A DNA stretch of 64,000 bases from an uncultured Clostridia bacterium (GCA_964491915.1 CAZBHS010000030.1:653-64652), one strand, 5' to 3'; positions 47,187-57,027 are shown, counted from the stretch's first letter. Notes: generated by a model from the letters alone, not told the origin. Program-made: numbers and translations.

Positions 47187-48433
47187 TGAAATCCGCCATA
47201 AAAATATTTCTTTCGCTCCATACCCAGATTAGCAAGGCAGAAAAACTGATGCGCCGGGAAAAGACGAAACGAAAAAATTTAAATTCAAAAAAAAACAAAA
47301 CAGGATATTTGGAAGCATTCGGTTTTAAAGAATTAGATAAAGATCTAATCGGGGGGCCGGAATCTCTACCAGCAGATGCCTGTATTTTGCTCAAAGGCGA
47401 AAGGGGAACGCACAAACTCGCGTTTGCGACAAACTATCTTTTTCAGGGGCTCCGAAAAGGGGAAAATGTAGTCTTGTTCAACATGGGGGCTCCAGTTAGA
47501 ATCGACAAGATTCCCCAATTTAAAGATGAGCCTTGCAAAATAAAAGATTCGAACGGATCCTGCAGTGGCGGAAGAATTGAATTCAATGAAAATTTATCCT
47601 ATCAAAAGCTTTTGAAAAAAAATCCCAATGGGTTGAAAAAAACTGATGCCGAGCAAAATCAAGAAAAAAACTTGGCCTACTATCCCTATAAGCTTAGTAA
47701 TAAGGATAATTCCCAAACGAGGGAAAGTCCTCCGGTAGGAAAATACAAACTGCATTGGTGGGTTTCGAATAAGGATTTCTCTAAGAATTCGAAAAAAGAG
47801 GAGGGAGTGAGCGCTCTGCTTAAGAATCACGGAAATCTTTTTATTCTTGATTTTGACGCAGGTTACTTGTTCCCGGAAGAATTTATTTCGACGCTAACAG
47901 AATTCTGGGGCTGGATTGATAGGCTGGCTCCCCGTAATTCAAAAGGGAAACGGAACTTTTTCCCATTTACGCGGGTCCTTTTGAATTCCACCGCCCAGAT
48001 CAACACTCAATTTCCTATTTTAGCGGAGGAACAATTTTTGATTCCGTCGTTTATCCGCCTTGCCAAATGTTATGGGATCAGTTCTATGATAATTGATGTC
48101 CTACCGCCAGGGGGGGAGCAATCAAAAAATTCATTAAATTTCGACGCTCTTTCGGATTTAATCATTACCATTAAACACAATTTTGATAAAAAGTATTCTG
48201 CTAAAGGTGCATTATCAGAAGGTGTGAAGGAAGATGCCATGAAAATTATGACGGCCGACAATATAACTGGCAAGGTATATAGCAAAAATTGGCTCGGCTT
48301 TTGGATCAGTAAAAACGACCTGATCAGCATTTTTAATTTCGTTGATGCTGAAAAAAGCAAAGATATTGAAAAGCTTCAGCCAAAACGGAAATTACTCTCT
48401 AGACGCGGGTCAAAATCTATTATTCGGCGTTGA
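47186..48433 (+). CDS. KaiC/RecA-like domain protein with degenerate nucleotide-binding motifs (probable pseudo-ATPase partner)
   Basis: 415 aa. Its start overlaps the upstream stop (TAATG). The N-terminal part follows the KaiC domain start ([54 protein letters not shown]). However, Walker A reads GERGTHKL and the Walker B position reads RVLLNS. A Lys/Asn-rich insert is also present. Confidence 0.6.
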   Translation: MKSAIKIFLSLHTQISKAEKLMRREKTKRKNLNSKKNKTGYLEAFGFKELDKDLIGGPESLPADACILLKGERGTHKLAFATNYLFQGLRKGENVVLFNMGAPVRIDKIPQFKDEPCKIKDSNGSCSGGRIEFNENLSYQKLLKKNPNGLKKTDAEQNQEKNLAYYPYKLSNKDNSQTRESPPVGKYKLHWWVSNKDFSKNSKKEEGVSALLKNHGNLFILDFDAGYLFPEEFISTLTEFWGWIDRLAPRNSKGKRNFFPFTRVLLNSTAQINTQFPILAEEQFLIPSFIRLAKCYGISSMIIDVLPPGGEQSKNSLNFDALSDLIITIKHNFDKKYSAKGALSEGVKEDAMKIMTADNITGKVYSKNWLGFWISKNDLISIFNFVDAEKSKDIEKLQPKRKLLSRRGSKSIIRR

Positions 48434-49700
48434 GAAGGTAGTAGTTTTTTTTGCCTTTTTGGATGAGGATGAATTTGTCGTTCAGGAGGTGGGAGGCGTC
48501 GATGACGGCTTCGGCGGAGGTGACTTTGGATTTGTTGACGCTGAGGCCGTTGTTTTGGATCATGCGGCGGGCTTCGCCTTTGGAGGCGAATACGTCGGTT
48601 TTTTCAGCCAGGAGTTCGAGAACGTCGATACCGTTTTGTAGTTCAGCGCGGGATACTGTTGGTTGAGGGACGCCTTCGAAGATGGCCAGGAGGTCTACCT
48701 CCGAGAGTGTCTTCAATGATTCGGTGGTCCCTTTGCCGAAGAGAATCTGCGACGTGTCCACAGCCGCCTGGTGCTCTTCTTCCGAATGAACCATGACGGT
48801 GAGCTCGCGGCCCAGGGTTTTTTGCAATAACCGTGCGTGCGGGGCTTCGCGGTGTTGGGCGATGAGGTCGTCGATCTCTTGTTTGCCCAGCATGGTGAAG
48901 ATCTTGATGTAGCGTTCGGCGTCTTCGTCGCTGACATTGAGCCAGAACTGGTAGAACTGGTAGGGAGAGGTGTAGCGGGGGTCGAGCCAGACATTGCCCT
49001 TTTCGGTCTTGCCGAATTTTCCGCCGTCCGCTTTGGTGATCAAGGGACAGGTGAGAGCATAGGCTTCGCCGCCCTCTTTTCTGCGGATCAATTCAGAACC
49101 GGATGTGATGTTGCCCCACTGGTCCGAACCGCCCATCTGCAACTTGCAATTTTTATGTTTATACAGGTAATAGAAATCATAAGCCTGAACCAATTGATAG
49201 GAGAATTCCGTAAAGGAGAGGCCGGTCTCCAGACGCTTTTTCACTGAATCTTTGGCCATCATGTAGTTGACGGTCATATGTTTGCCGATGTCGCGGATAA
49301 AGGCCAGGAAATCGTACCCTTTCATCCAGTCGTAATTGTTGACCAATTCAGCGCCGTTCGGACGTTCGGAATCAAAGTCCAACAATTTTTCCAATTGTCT
49401 TTTCAATGCGTCCTGGTTTTTGCGCAGCGCCTCTTCCGGCAGGAGATTGCGCTCTTCCGATTTGCCCGATGGGTCGCCGATCATACCGGTGGCTCCGCCT
49501 AATAAAGCGATGGGTTTATGCCCCGCCCGCTGGAAGTGCTTGAGTAACATGACGGACACCAGGTGACCGATGTGAAGGGAGTCTGCCGTTGGGTCAATTC
49601 CGACATAGGCGCTCACCATCTCTTTCTTCAATAATTCATCTGTTCCCGGCATGATGTCGTGTATCATGCCGCGCCATTCTAATTCGCTTATAAAATCCAT
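48420..49700 (-). CDS. tyrS: Tyrosine--tRNA ligase
   Basis: 426 aa with HIGH motif (HIGHLV), KMSKS-type motif (KFGKT) and a C-terminal S4-like domain. Confidence 0.96.
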   Translation of the reverse strand: MDFISELEWRGMIHDIMPGTDELLKKEMVSAYVGIDPTADSLHIGHLVSVMLLKHFQRAGHKPIALLGGATGMIGDPSGKSEERNLLPEEALRKNQDALKRQLEKLLDFDSERPNGAELVNNYDWMKGYDFLAFIRDIGKHMTVNYMMAKDSVKKRLETGLSFTEFSYQLVQAYDFYYLYKHKNCKLQMGGSDQWGNITSGSELIRRKEGGEAYALTCPLITKADGGKFGKTEKGNVWLDPRYTSPYQFYQFWLNVSDEDAERYIKIFTMLGKQEIDDLIAQHREAPHARLLQKTLGRELTVMVHSEEEHQAAVDTSQILFGKGTTESLKTLSEVDLLAIFEGVPQPTVSRAELQNGIDVLELLAEKTDVFASKGEARRMIQNNGLSVNKSKVTSAEAVIDASHLLNDKFILIQKGKKNYYLLNAE

Positions 49701-49760
49701 TGTTCCTACTCTTTCGCTTTTTTTTGAGAATTTACCCCGGGGCTCGATGGTGTGTTAGCC

Positions 49761-49796
49761 AAAAAAAAGGCCGGTAAATCTTACGATCTACCGGCC
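49761..49796 (-). terminator. Rho-independent terminator after the oxidoreductase operon
   Basis: On the minus strand, GGCCGGTA-(12-nt loop)-TACCGGCC is followed by TTTTTTTT. Confidence 0.75.
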
Positions 49797-49833
49797 GGTG
49801 ATAAAATTTCGAGTCCGTTCGGGCTTCTTTATT

Positions 49834-50379
49834 TTATACTAATTGTTGGCCCAATTCAATGGCTTTCATGTTCAGGTCAACATAATCCTTAGGCGCCCAG
49901 TGTTTGATGTGCTCCACCATGTTGTCGTAGCTGATGATACCGGTGAGTTTCTGGGTCATTGAAAGTGTGACGACTGAGGTGAGGACAACGTTTCCCAACT
50001 GCCGTTTGGTTTCATAGATGATGGGAACCTGGTGCAATTTCCAGTTGGAGGTGTCGCCGAGATTCTTGACCAGATGGGAGTCTACCACGACAATGGCATC
50101 GTCTTTCAGACGTTCTTTATAAAGGTCGTAAGGTTTTTGGAATGTGCAAATGAAACAATCGATGGCCATGGCCTGTGGGAATAGAATCTGACGGTTGGAA
50201 ACAATCACATCCACTTTGGTTGGGCCGCCCCTGACGGTGGCGGTGTATGTGGGGCTTTCCAGAGCGTATTTTTTTTCTTTTTCGACCGCGATATCCACCA
50301 GAAGGGCGCCGGCTGTAATAATACCCTGTCCGCCGACAGCCGCGTACCTGATTTCGTATCTATCGTTTAGACATTTCAT
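49834..50379 (-). CDS. korC: 2-oxoacid:ferredoxin oxidoreductase gamma subunit
   Basis: 181 aa with a Pyr/2-oxoglutarate:Fd oxidoreductase gamma-like start (IRYAAVGGQGIITAGALL). It is the last gene of a D-A-B-C ordered operon. The symbol rests on gene order only (Kor/Oor-like); substrate is unproven. Confidence 0.82.
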   Translation of the reverse strand: MKCLNDRYEIRYAAVGGQGIITAGALLVDIAVEKEKKYALESPTYTATVRGGPTKVDVIVSNRQILFPQAMAIDCFICTFQKPYDLYKERLKDDAIVVVDSHLVKNLGDTSNWKLHQVPIIYETKRQLGNVVLTSVVTLSMTQKLTGIISYDNMVEHIKHWAPKDYVDLNMKAIELGQQLV

Positions 50380-51242
50380 CGTGCCCCCTTGTTTGAATCC
50401 ACTGCGGCTTTTTTGCCTTTCTCGGCAGCAGCCTGGGCAGTGGGAACAATGTGTTTATAATAGAGTTCTGAGTATTCCAATCTTTCAGTATCTTCAGTCA
50501 AAATGCCGACCGGATACTTGTGATTGCGTTCTTCCGGTGTCATTTTTTCGAACTGCGCTTTGGTAACGGTTTTAGAGTCGATCCATTTGGTCATGGTGAT
50601 CGGGCTCTTCATCTTGTTTTTCCGTCCCAGATTAATATGGCAATTGCTGATGACTTCAACCACTGAGAAGCCTTTGTGCTGAAAAGATTTTTTGATGACA
50701 TTTTTTAGCGGCAACATGCGGTTGACGGTTTCACGGGCCACAAATGTGGCTTTGGCCGCTGTGACCAACTCAGCCAGGTCGAATTTCGGTTCGATGTTTC
50801 CGTAAGGCGTGGTTTCGGTGATGAATTTCTGCGGAGTCAAGGGGGACACCTGGCCTCCGGTCATACCGTAGATACCGTTGTTGATCAGGATCATCTTGAT
50901 GCCGATGTTGCGGCGCGCCGTGTGGATCAGGTGGTTGCCGCCGATGGCTGAGGCATCGCCGTCACCGGAGATGACTACTACCAGCTTGTCCGGGCGGGCC
51001 AGTTTGATACCGGTGGCGAATGTCAACGCGCGACCGTGGGTGGTGTGCAATGTATTGGTGTTGAAGAACGTCGGCATCCGGCCGGAGCAACCGATACCGG
51101 ATACAACGACGATATCGTTAGGATCGACTTCCAGCTCTGAGAATGCCATGGCAATGGATTTCAGTACAATTCCGTCGCCGCAACCGGGACACCATGGGGT
51201 TGGAAATGTTCTGTATCTTATATATCTCTCATAATCTCTCAT
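50376..51242 (-). CDS. korB: 2-oxoacid:ferredoxin oxidoreductase beta subunit (TPP-binding)
   Basis: 288 aa with WCPGCGDG at the N-terminus and TPP motif SGDGDASAIGGNH. Confidence 0.9.
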   Translation of the reverse strand: MRDYERYIRYRTFPTPWCPGCGDGIVLKSIAMAFSELEVDPNDIVVVSGIGCSGRMPTFFNTNTLHTTHGRALTFATGIKLARPDKLVVVISGDGDASAIGGNHLIHTARRNIGIKMILINNGIYGMTGGQVSPLTPQKFITETTPYGNIEPKFDLAELVTAAKATFVARETVNRMLPLKNVIKKSFQHKGFSVVEVISNCHINLGRKNKMKSPITMTKWIDSKTVTKAQFEKMTPEERNHKYPVGILTEDTERLEYSELYYKHIVPTAQAAAEKGKKAAVDSNKGAR

Positions 51243-52375
51243 TTCTGAAACTCCTTAATCGCTTCCAGGATTTCAAACGGCGTGAAGGGGATGCCGTTGG
51301 CTCTCAGGAGAGCTCTGTCATCAACATCGTCGGTGGCGGCGCGTTCGACTTCATAGCGGGCCTGCCCCATGTTGAGCTCGACGGTCAAGATTTTTTTGAT
51401 TCGTTTGAAGCGTTCTCTCAAAACCAATTTTGGGAAGGGCCAGATAGTCAATGCCTGGAATAAACCGGCTTTGATACCCTGTTCCCGCGCCATTTCAACG
51501 GCTGCGAGGGCGCCGCGGGCGCTGACACCGAAGCTGAAGATCATAATTTCGGCGTCGTCCATATAGTATTCCTTGTAATGGATGATTTCGTCTAAATAAT
51601 GATAAATCTTCTGCATACGCAGGGTTTGCATCTTCTGGACCACTTTGGAGTCGGAGGTGGGCCATCCATGTTTGTCGTGCTCGAGGCCGTCGATATGAAT
51701 CGGATATCCTTTGAAGAAGTCAACTCTTGGTGGGTTTTCACCAATTTCGCGGTCGTAAATGTTCAGCTCATCGTCGATTTTGTGAGGTTTGCTATTATAA
51801 ATAGACAATTTGTCTTTCGAGGGAATTTCAATGTCCTCGTGGGCTTTGCCCAATACTTCATCCAATAGGATGATGACAGGATTCCAGAACTTTTCGGACA
51901 GGTTGAACGCCCGGATGGTTTCTGAATACAATTCATCGGCGAACGCGGGGCATAACGCGATAATCGGGTGGTCGCCGTGTGTTCCCCATCGAGCCTGCAT
52001 GATGTCGGCCTGGGCCGGTTTGGTAGGCAATCCGGTGGAGGGTCCCCCTCTCATGACATTGACGATTACCAGGGGGATCTCGGCCATTACCGCCATACCC
52101 AGGTGTTCTTGCATCAGGGAAAAGCCGGGGCCGCTGGTGGCGGTCAACACTTTCCGTCCCGAAAGGGAGGCTCCGATACATGCTCCAAGAGACGCGATTT
52201 CATCTTCCATCTGGATAAAATCTTTACCCAGCTTGGGAAGTTCGCGGGAAAGGTAATGGGCAATTTCCGAAGAAGGGGTGATGGGGTAGCCGGCAAAGAA
52301 GTCGCAACCGGCGTCTACCGCGGCTTTTGCCACGATGATGTTTCCCTGGTAGACTTTACGTTCTGCGTTGCTCAT
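51239..52375 (-). CDS. korA: 2-oxoacid:ferredoxin oxidoreductase alpha subunit
   Basis: 378 aa with GYPITPSSEI and the TATSGPGFSLM motifs typical of the alpha subunit. Confidence 0.9.
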   Translation of the reverse strand: MSNAERKVYQGNIIVAKAAVDAGCDFFAGYPITPSSEIAHYLSRELPKLGKDFIQMEDEIASLGACIGASLSGRKVLTATSGPGFSLMQEHLGMAVMAEIPLVIVNVMRGGPSTGLPTKPAQADIMQARWGTHGDHPIIALCPAFADELYSETIRAFNLSEKFWNPVIILLDEVLGKAHEDIEIPSKDKLSIYNSKPHKIDDELNIYDREIGENPPRVDFFKGYPIHIDGLEHDKHGWPTSDSKVVQKMQTLRMQKIYHYLDEIIHYKEYYMDDAEIMIFSFGVSARGALAAVEMAREQGIKAGLFQALTIWPFPKLVLRERFKRIKKILTVELNMGQARYEVERAATDDVDDRALLRANGIPFTPFEILEAIKEFQK

Positions 52376-52668
52376 TTTTGTTCCCCTTTTTCATCGTAAT
52401 TTACAAAGATCGCAAAGTCCGGGCATCTCATTTCGCACATTTTGCAGCCGATGCAATAATCTGGAGCATCGACTTTGATGGATACGCCGAATTTGCTTAA
52501 GTGGTTGTCTTCCAATTGCAACGTACCGGTGGGACAAACATCGACACACAGTCCGCACCCTTTGCAATAGGCGGCTACCACGGTGAGTTGATTTTCCTTA
52601 GGAGAAGGTTTGCGTTTAGCTCGCCGGGCTAAAGCCTCCTCGTTAAGTTGAAGTTCGTCTTTTTCCAT
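52372..52668 (-). CDS. korD: 2-oxoacid:ferredoxin oxidoreductase delta subunit (2x[4Fe-4S] ferredoxin)
   Basis: 98 aa with two CxxCxxCxxxCP motifs, CKGCGLCVDVCP and CIGCKMCEMRCP. Confidence 0.85.
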   Translation of the reverse strand: MEKDELQLNEEALARRAKRKPSPKENQLTVVAAYCKGCGLCVDVCPTGTLQLEDNHLSKFGVSIKVDAPDYCIGCKMCEMRCPDFAIFVNYDEKGEQK

Positions 52669-53417
52669 AAGTCACCTCGATAGTGGATCACATAGTTACG
52701 TTTTTTATTTTGGATTGAAGAATGGACATCTTCTTAAACGACTTTTGATTGAAATTGGAAGGAATTTCTGAATGTCTCAGTTTGATGCGAGGCCAAAAAA
52801 AACCGCGCCTTTAAACGTCGAATCCTCACATTTAGATGTGAATCAAGCTCCCCGTCTGAGGGAACTTCGTTAGGGCAAGTCATTGTATCCTCCAAGGGGG
52901 GGATTTTATCACAATCACTTTAATAATAAAACAGCTATCAGCCACTTTTTTTATTTTTTTCCCATCTTCACAGCCCCCCTCTAGTGAAATATCAGATAGT
53001 AGGGATATAGATTCCCAAAAGTGTCTCCGGTATTGATTTAAATGTTGAATTCTTAGTGTGGGTGTTGTATTATTAAATAGTAATAATAGAATAATTTCTC
53101 AATTGTAGGACGGTTATGATGTCGAAGAAAGACGAGGTAAATATTTCAGAAATTAAAAAGATAATTGACGCAGCCATAAAAGAATTCCAATCTCCTGAGA
53201 ATATTAGGAAAATTCAGGAAATGGAACGGCGATTGCACAATTTATCGCCCCAGGACCTTTTGACCAAAATGACTATCTAGTCATTTCTTGCCAACCACCT
53301 TATTATACTAATTTTTCTATCCTGTTTTATCAATTTATGTATTCTGTTGATAGGACTGGTGCGCTAAAATAATTGACATTTGGGGGGTTCTCAAATAATA
53401 TTGATAGTGTGAGTGGA

Positions 53418-54929
53418 ATGATGAGACTGAGAAAATTTTTGGTGTTTTGTCTGGTGTTTGGTTTGGTGGGCGGATGGTTGGTTGCCGAGAAGACGCGGGG
53501 GTATTTGAAGACCGGGAATTGGTATCCGGCGGAGAAGGAGAGACTGCTGGGGGATTTGGACAAGTATTTTGAAGGAGTTGTCGATTCCCGTCTCGAGGGG
53601 CGGATACGTGGGTTGGTGGTGCCGCACGCGGGACTGGCCTACTCCGGGTATTGCGCGGCCCAGGCGTTTGGGCAATTGCAGGATGTGGAGAGCGTCGAGA
53701 GGGTGATTCTTCTTGGAGTGTCGCATCGCGGCGGATTTTACGGGGCCTGCGTGTCGGACTTTGATGTCAATACGACGCCATTGGGCGCTCTGGCGGTGGA
53801 CCGGGACATTACCGCGACACTGGGGAAAGAGAAACTGTTTAGGGTGGATAACCGGGTGATGGAGAATGAGCATTCGCTCGAGAATCAATTGCCGTTTTTG
53901 CAGAAAGCCTTCGGCGAGAGGAAGGCGAAAATCGTTCCTATTTTGTTTGGGCGGTTGAACAAAAAGGATTTTGAGGCGATGGCGGCTTCTATCGGCCAAT
54001 TCGTAAACGACAAGACGCTGGTGGTGGCCAGTAGCGATTTGACGCATTATGGCCGCAACTTCGGCTATGTTCCGTTTAAGGATAATCTGAAAGACAATCT
54101 CTCGCGCCTCGACATGGGGCTGATTCAGACCATCGAGAGTTTGGATTTTTCCAGTTATTATAAATTCAAAGAGGATACCGGCATCACCATGTGCGGGTTT
54201 GCGCCGGTGGGGGTGATGATTCAATTGTTCAGCCCCAAGAGATTTTACGGTAAGCTGTTGTCTTATTATAAATCCGGTGATTTTAACAATGATTATTCGC
54301 TGAGTGTGAGCTACGCCTCTGTGGCGATTGTCGAAGGTTCGGTGGAGTTGACATTGACGGATAAAGAGAAAGAGAATTTGATGCGGTTGGCGCGGAAAAC
54401 ATTGGAAGCGCATTTCGACGGCGAGGCGATGCCGGATGATTCCGGTCTTCAAAAGGCCTACGCCATTGGCGGTAACCTGAAACGGACCGCCGGGGTGTTT
54501 GTGACATTGAAGAAGAAGGGACAATTGCGAGGCTGCATCGGCACCATCGTCGGCTCAGAGCCGATCTATAAGGGGGTCATGCAAAATGTCCTGAAGTCCG
54601 CGCTGCAGGATCCACGGTTTTCGGCGGTTAAAAAGAGTGAACTTGAGGATATCGAGATCGAGATTTCAGTGATGACGCCGCTACGTTTGATCGATGATTA
54701 TAAATCTATTCGTTTGGGGACGGACGGGGTGATTATCCGCAAAGGCGATAGGCAAGCGGTGTATTTGCCGCAGGTGGCCGCCGAGACCGGCTGGAGTTTG
54801 GATATGTTTCTCGGTAGCCTTTGCCGCAAAGCGGGCCTGCCCAGGACCGCCTACCGTGAAAAAGGAATGGATTTTTATATTTTTCAAGCCCTGGTGTTTC
54901 ACGAAAGCGAGGTCATCCATGACCGTTGA
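53418..54929 (+). CDS. Fusion of AmmeMemoRadiSam system protein B (MEMO1-like) and protein A (AMMECR1 domain), with N-terminal signal/anchor
   Basis: The N-terminus is MMRLRKFLVFCLVFGLVGGWLVA. The Memo-like part carries VVPHAGLAYSGYCAAQAF and DLTHYG. The AMMECR1 hallmark is GVFVTLKKKGQLRGCIGT. Confidence 0.85.
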   Translation: MMRLRKFLVFCLVFGLVGGWLVAEKTRGYLKTGNWYPAEKERLLGDLDKYFEGVVDSRLEGRIRGLVVPHAGLAYSGYCAAQAFGQLQDVESVERVILLGVSHRGGFYGACVSDFDVNTTPLGALAVDRDITATLGKEKLFRVDNRVMENEHSLENQLPFLQKAFGERKAKIVPILFGRLNKKDFEAMAASIGQFVNDKTLVVASSDLTHYGRNFGYVPFKDNLKDNLSRLDMGLIQTIESLDFSSYYKFKEDTGITMCGFAPVGVMIQLFSPKRFYGKLLSYYKSGDFNNDYSLSVSYASVAIVEGSVELTLTDKEKENLMRLARKTLEAHFDGEAMPDDSGLQKAYAIGGNLKRTAGVFVTLKKKGQLRGCIGTIVGSEPIYKGVMQNVLKSALQDPRFSAVKKSELEDIEIEISVMTPLRLIDDYKSIRLGTDGVIIRKGDRQAVYLPQVAAETGWSLDMFLGSLCRKAGLPRTAYREKGMDFYIFQALVFHESEVIHDR

Positions 54930-55893
54930 CCGGCGGGTGTTCGCCAAAAGTTTACTGGCCGCCGGCGCGGGCCTGGCGTTTCCGGCGCTGATGGAAGCGG
55001 GGGAAACGCCGCCCAACACAGTGGCGATGGCGCGGTCGCCGCGGCTCGAACGGGTCAACCATGATGTGGATCGTCAGGCGGCGGTTTTTTATTTGAATGG
55101 GGCGATGCTGAAACTGACGGGAATGAAAACTCCGAAGCAAGCCTGGAGCGCGTTATTCGAACCCCATCATAAAGTGGCGATAAAATTGAGTTGCCTTCCG
55201 GGCAAGTATCTCTCCTCCAGTCGCGGATTGGTGCTGGCCATTGTGGACGGCTTGCGGCTTGCCGGGTTGCCGGAGGAGAATATCTGGATATGGGAACGGA
55301 CCGGCCGGGAATTGGAGAAAGCGGGATTTCCGTTTTCCGATAAAGGCGTGCGGGTGCTGGGCACCGACCATCTTCCCGAAGGCGGGTATTCGAAACACTT
55401 TGCCTTCTCCGGTAGCGTGGGGACCCTGTTTAGCGAAATCGTCGAGGAGGCGGATGTGTTGATCAATGTCCCGGTACTGAAAGATCATGATATCGCCGGC
55501 ATCTCCTGCGCCATGAAAAATTTTTACGGCGCCATTTACAACCCCAACAAATTCCACGGGAACAATTGCGATCCTTTTGTCGCGGACCTATACAACCATC
55601 CGACGCTCAAAAACAAATGCCGCCTTCATGTCTGCGACGCCAGCCGTATTCAAGTGCACAATGGTCCGGCTTTCTACCCCAAATACGTAAAAGAGTATGG
55701 AGGGATTATGGTGAGCATGAACGCGGTGGCCATCGATTATACCGGTTGGCGATTGATCGAGCGCGAGAGACAGGCGATGGGACTACCCTCGCTAAAAGAC
55801 GAGGGCCGCGCCCCCGCCTATATTTTTACCGCCGCCAGGTTGGGGCTGGGCAAAGCGGAAGAGAAGAGCGTTGAACGTCTGAATATAATTTGA
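54919..55893 (+). CDS. DUF362-like protein with twin-arginine signal
   Basis: The start was set at MTVDRRVFAKSLLAAGAGLAFPALMEA (Tat motif RRxFxK). The block VPVLKDHDIAGISCAMKNFYGAI resembles DUF362 family proteins. It overlaps the upstream gene by 11 nt. Confidence 0.6.
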   Translation: MTVDRRVFAKSLLAAGAGLAFPALMEAGETPPNTVAMARSPRLERVNHDVDRQAAVFYLNGAMLKLTGMKTPKQAWSALFEPHHKVAIKLSCLPGKYLSSSRGLVLAIVDGLRLAGLPEENIWIWERTGRELEKAGFPFSDKGVRVLGTDHLPEGGYSKHFAFSGSVGTLFSEIVEEADVLINVPVLKDHDIAGISCAMKNFYGAIYNPNKFHGNNCDPFVADLYNHPTLKNKCRLHVCDASRIQVHNGPAFYPKYVKEYGGIMVSMNAVAIDYTGWRLIERERQAMGLPSLKDEGRAPAYIFTAARLGLGKAEEKSVERLNII

Positions 55894-55908
55894 AACGGGA
55901 ACTGAACG

Positions 55909-57027
55909 ATGACAATGATAAACCGGCGTGATTTTTTGAAGAGTGTAGCGGGAGCGGGATGTGTCTGTGGAGCCGGATTGTTGATGTCCGGGGCGGCAAG
56001 CGGCGCTCCTTCCGGCGCCGAAGGCGTTGTCGAGGCCAAATACTATGAGAAATTGGGGGAAAAGAAGATCCAGTGCAAATTGTGCCCCCACGAGTGCAGG
56101 GTGGCGGATCTGGAGCGGGGGACCTGCGGCGTCCGGGAAAATCGCGACGGCACATATTACACATTGGTGTACGGCAATCCCTGCGCCGCCAATATCGATC
56201 CCATCGAGAAGAAACCCCTCTTTCACTATTACCCCACCACCGACGCCTTCTCGATAGCCACAGCCGGCTGCAATTTTGTGTGCCGCTTTTGCCAGAATTG
56301 GGAAATCTCCCAAAAGCGGCCGGAACAGATTAAATCCTTTGATTTGAGCCCGGAGAGCGTTGTTAAAACGGCTCGCAAGAATCATTGCAAAACCATTGCC
56401 CACACCTATACGGAGCCGGTGGTCTTTTTTGAGTACATGCTGGATTGCGCCATTCAAGGCAAAAAAGCCGGCATCCCCAATGTCATGATCTCCAACGGCT
56501 ATATCCAGGAGCGGCCGATGCGCGAGCTTTGCCGTCATCTAGGGGCCGTAAAAATAGATCTCAAGGCTTTTACCGAAACGTTTTACAAAGAACAATGCTC
56601 CGGGACGTTGAAGCCGGTGCTCCGCACCCTGGAAATCCTCAAAGAGGAGGGAGTCTGGCTGGAGATTGTGGTGCTGCTGATTCCCACCCTCAACGATAGC
56701 AGCGAAGAGATCAAGAGGATGTCGAGTTGGATCGCCAAAGAGTTGGGGGACGATGTGCCGTTGCATTTCTCCCGCTATTACCCCACCTTCATGCTCAAGA
56801 ACATCCCCCCCACGCCGCCGGCGGTTCTGGACCGCGCCTACAAAATATCACGGGAGAGCGGCCTCAACTATGTCTACGTCGGCAATATCCTCTCCGACGC
56901 CGCCAATACCTATTGCCACTCCTGCGGCAAACCGCTCATCCAGAGGGTGCGTTTCTCCACCGTTATCACCGGCCTTAAAGGAAACCATTGCAAATACTGC
57001 GGCGCCACCATCCCCGGTGTATTTTAA
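55909..57027 (+). CDS. AmmeMemoRadiSam system radical SAM enzyme, with twin-arginine-type N-terminus
   Basis: 372 aa. The N-terminus is MTMINRRDFLKSVAGAG.. (NRRDFLK Tat consensus). An auxiliary Cys cluster CKLCPHEC..GTCGVREN is present, and the radical SAM motif is CNFVCRFCQNW. Confidence 0.85.
   Translation: MTMINRRDFLKSVAGAGCVCGAGLLMSGAASGAPSGAEGVVEAKYYEKLGEKKIQCKLCPHECRVADLERGTCGVRENRDGTYYTLVYGNPCAANIDPIEKKPLFHYYPTTDAFSIATAGCNFVCRFCQNWEISQKRPEQIKSFDLSPESVVKTARKNHCKTIAHTYTEPVVFFEYMLDCAIQGKKAGIPNVMISNGYIQERPMRELCRHLGAVKIDLKAFTETFYKEQCSGTLKPVLRTLEILKEEGVWLEIVVLLIPTLNDSSEEIKRMSSWIAKELGDDVPLHFSRYYPTFMLKNIPPTPPAVLDRAYKISRESGLNYVYVGNILSDAANTYCHSCGKPLIQRVRFSTVITGLKGNHCKYCGATIPGVF

Noticed and set aside
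49701-49833. T-box leader upstream of tyrS.
   Set aside because: The spacer is only ~130 nt and is largely occupied by the terminator of the upstream oxidoreductase operon. No specifier-loop or T-box sequence was recognised.
53116-53280. 54-aa helical ORF (MMSKKDEVNISEIKKIIDAAIKEF...) upstream of the Memo-AMMECR1 gene.
   Set aside because: It has a plausible coding look but no RBS or recognisable family. It was left uncalled, though it may deserve a check in proteomics or ribosome profiling data.
53391-54524. 377-aa minus-strand ORF antisense to the Memo-AMMECR1 gene.
   Set aside because: The plus-strand frame carries unmistakable MEMO1 and AMMECR1 motifs. The antisense product is low-complexity (R/H/Q/P-rich).
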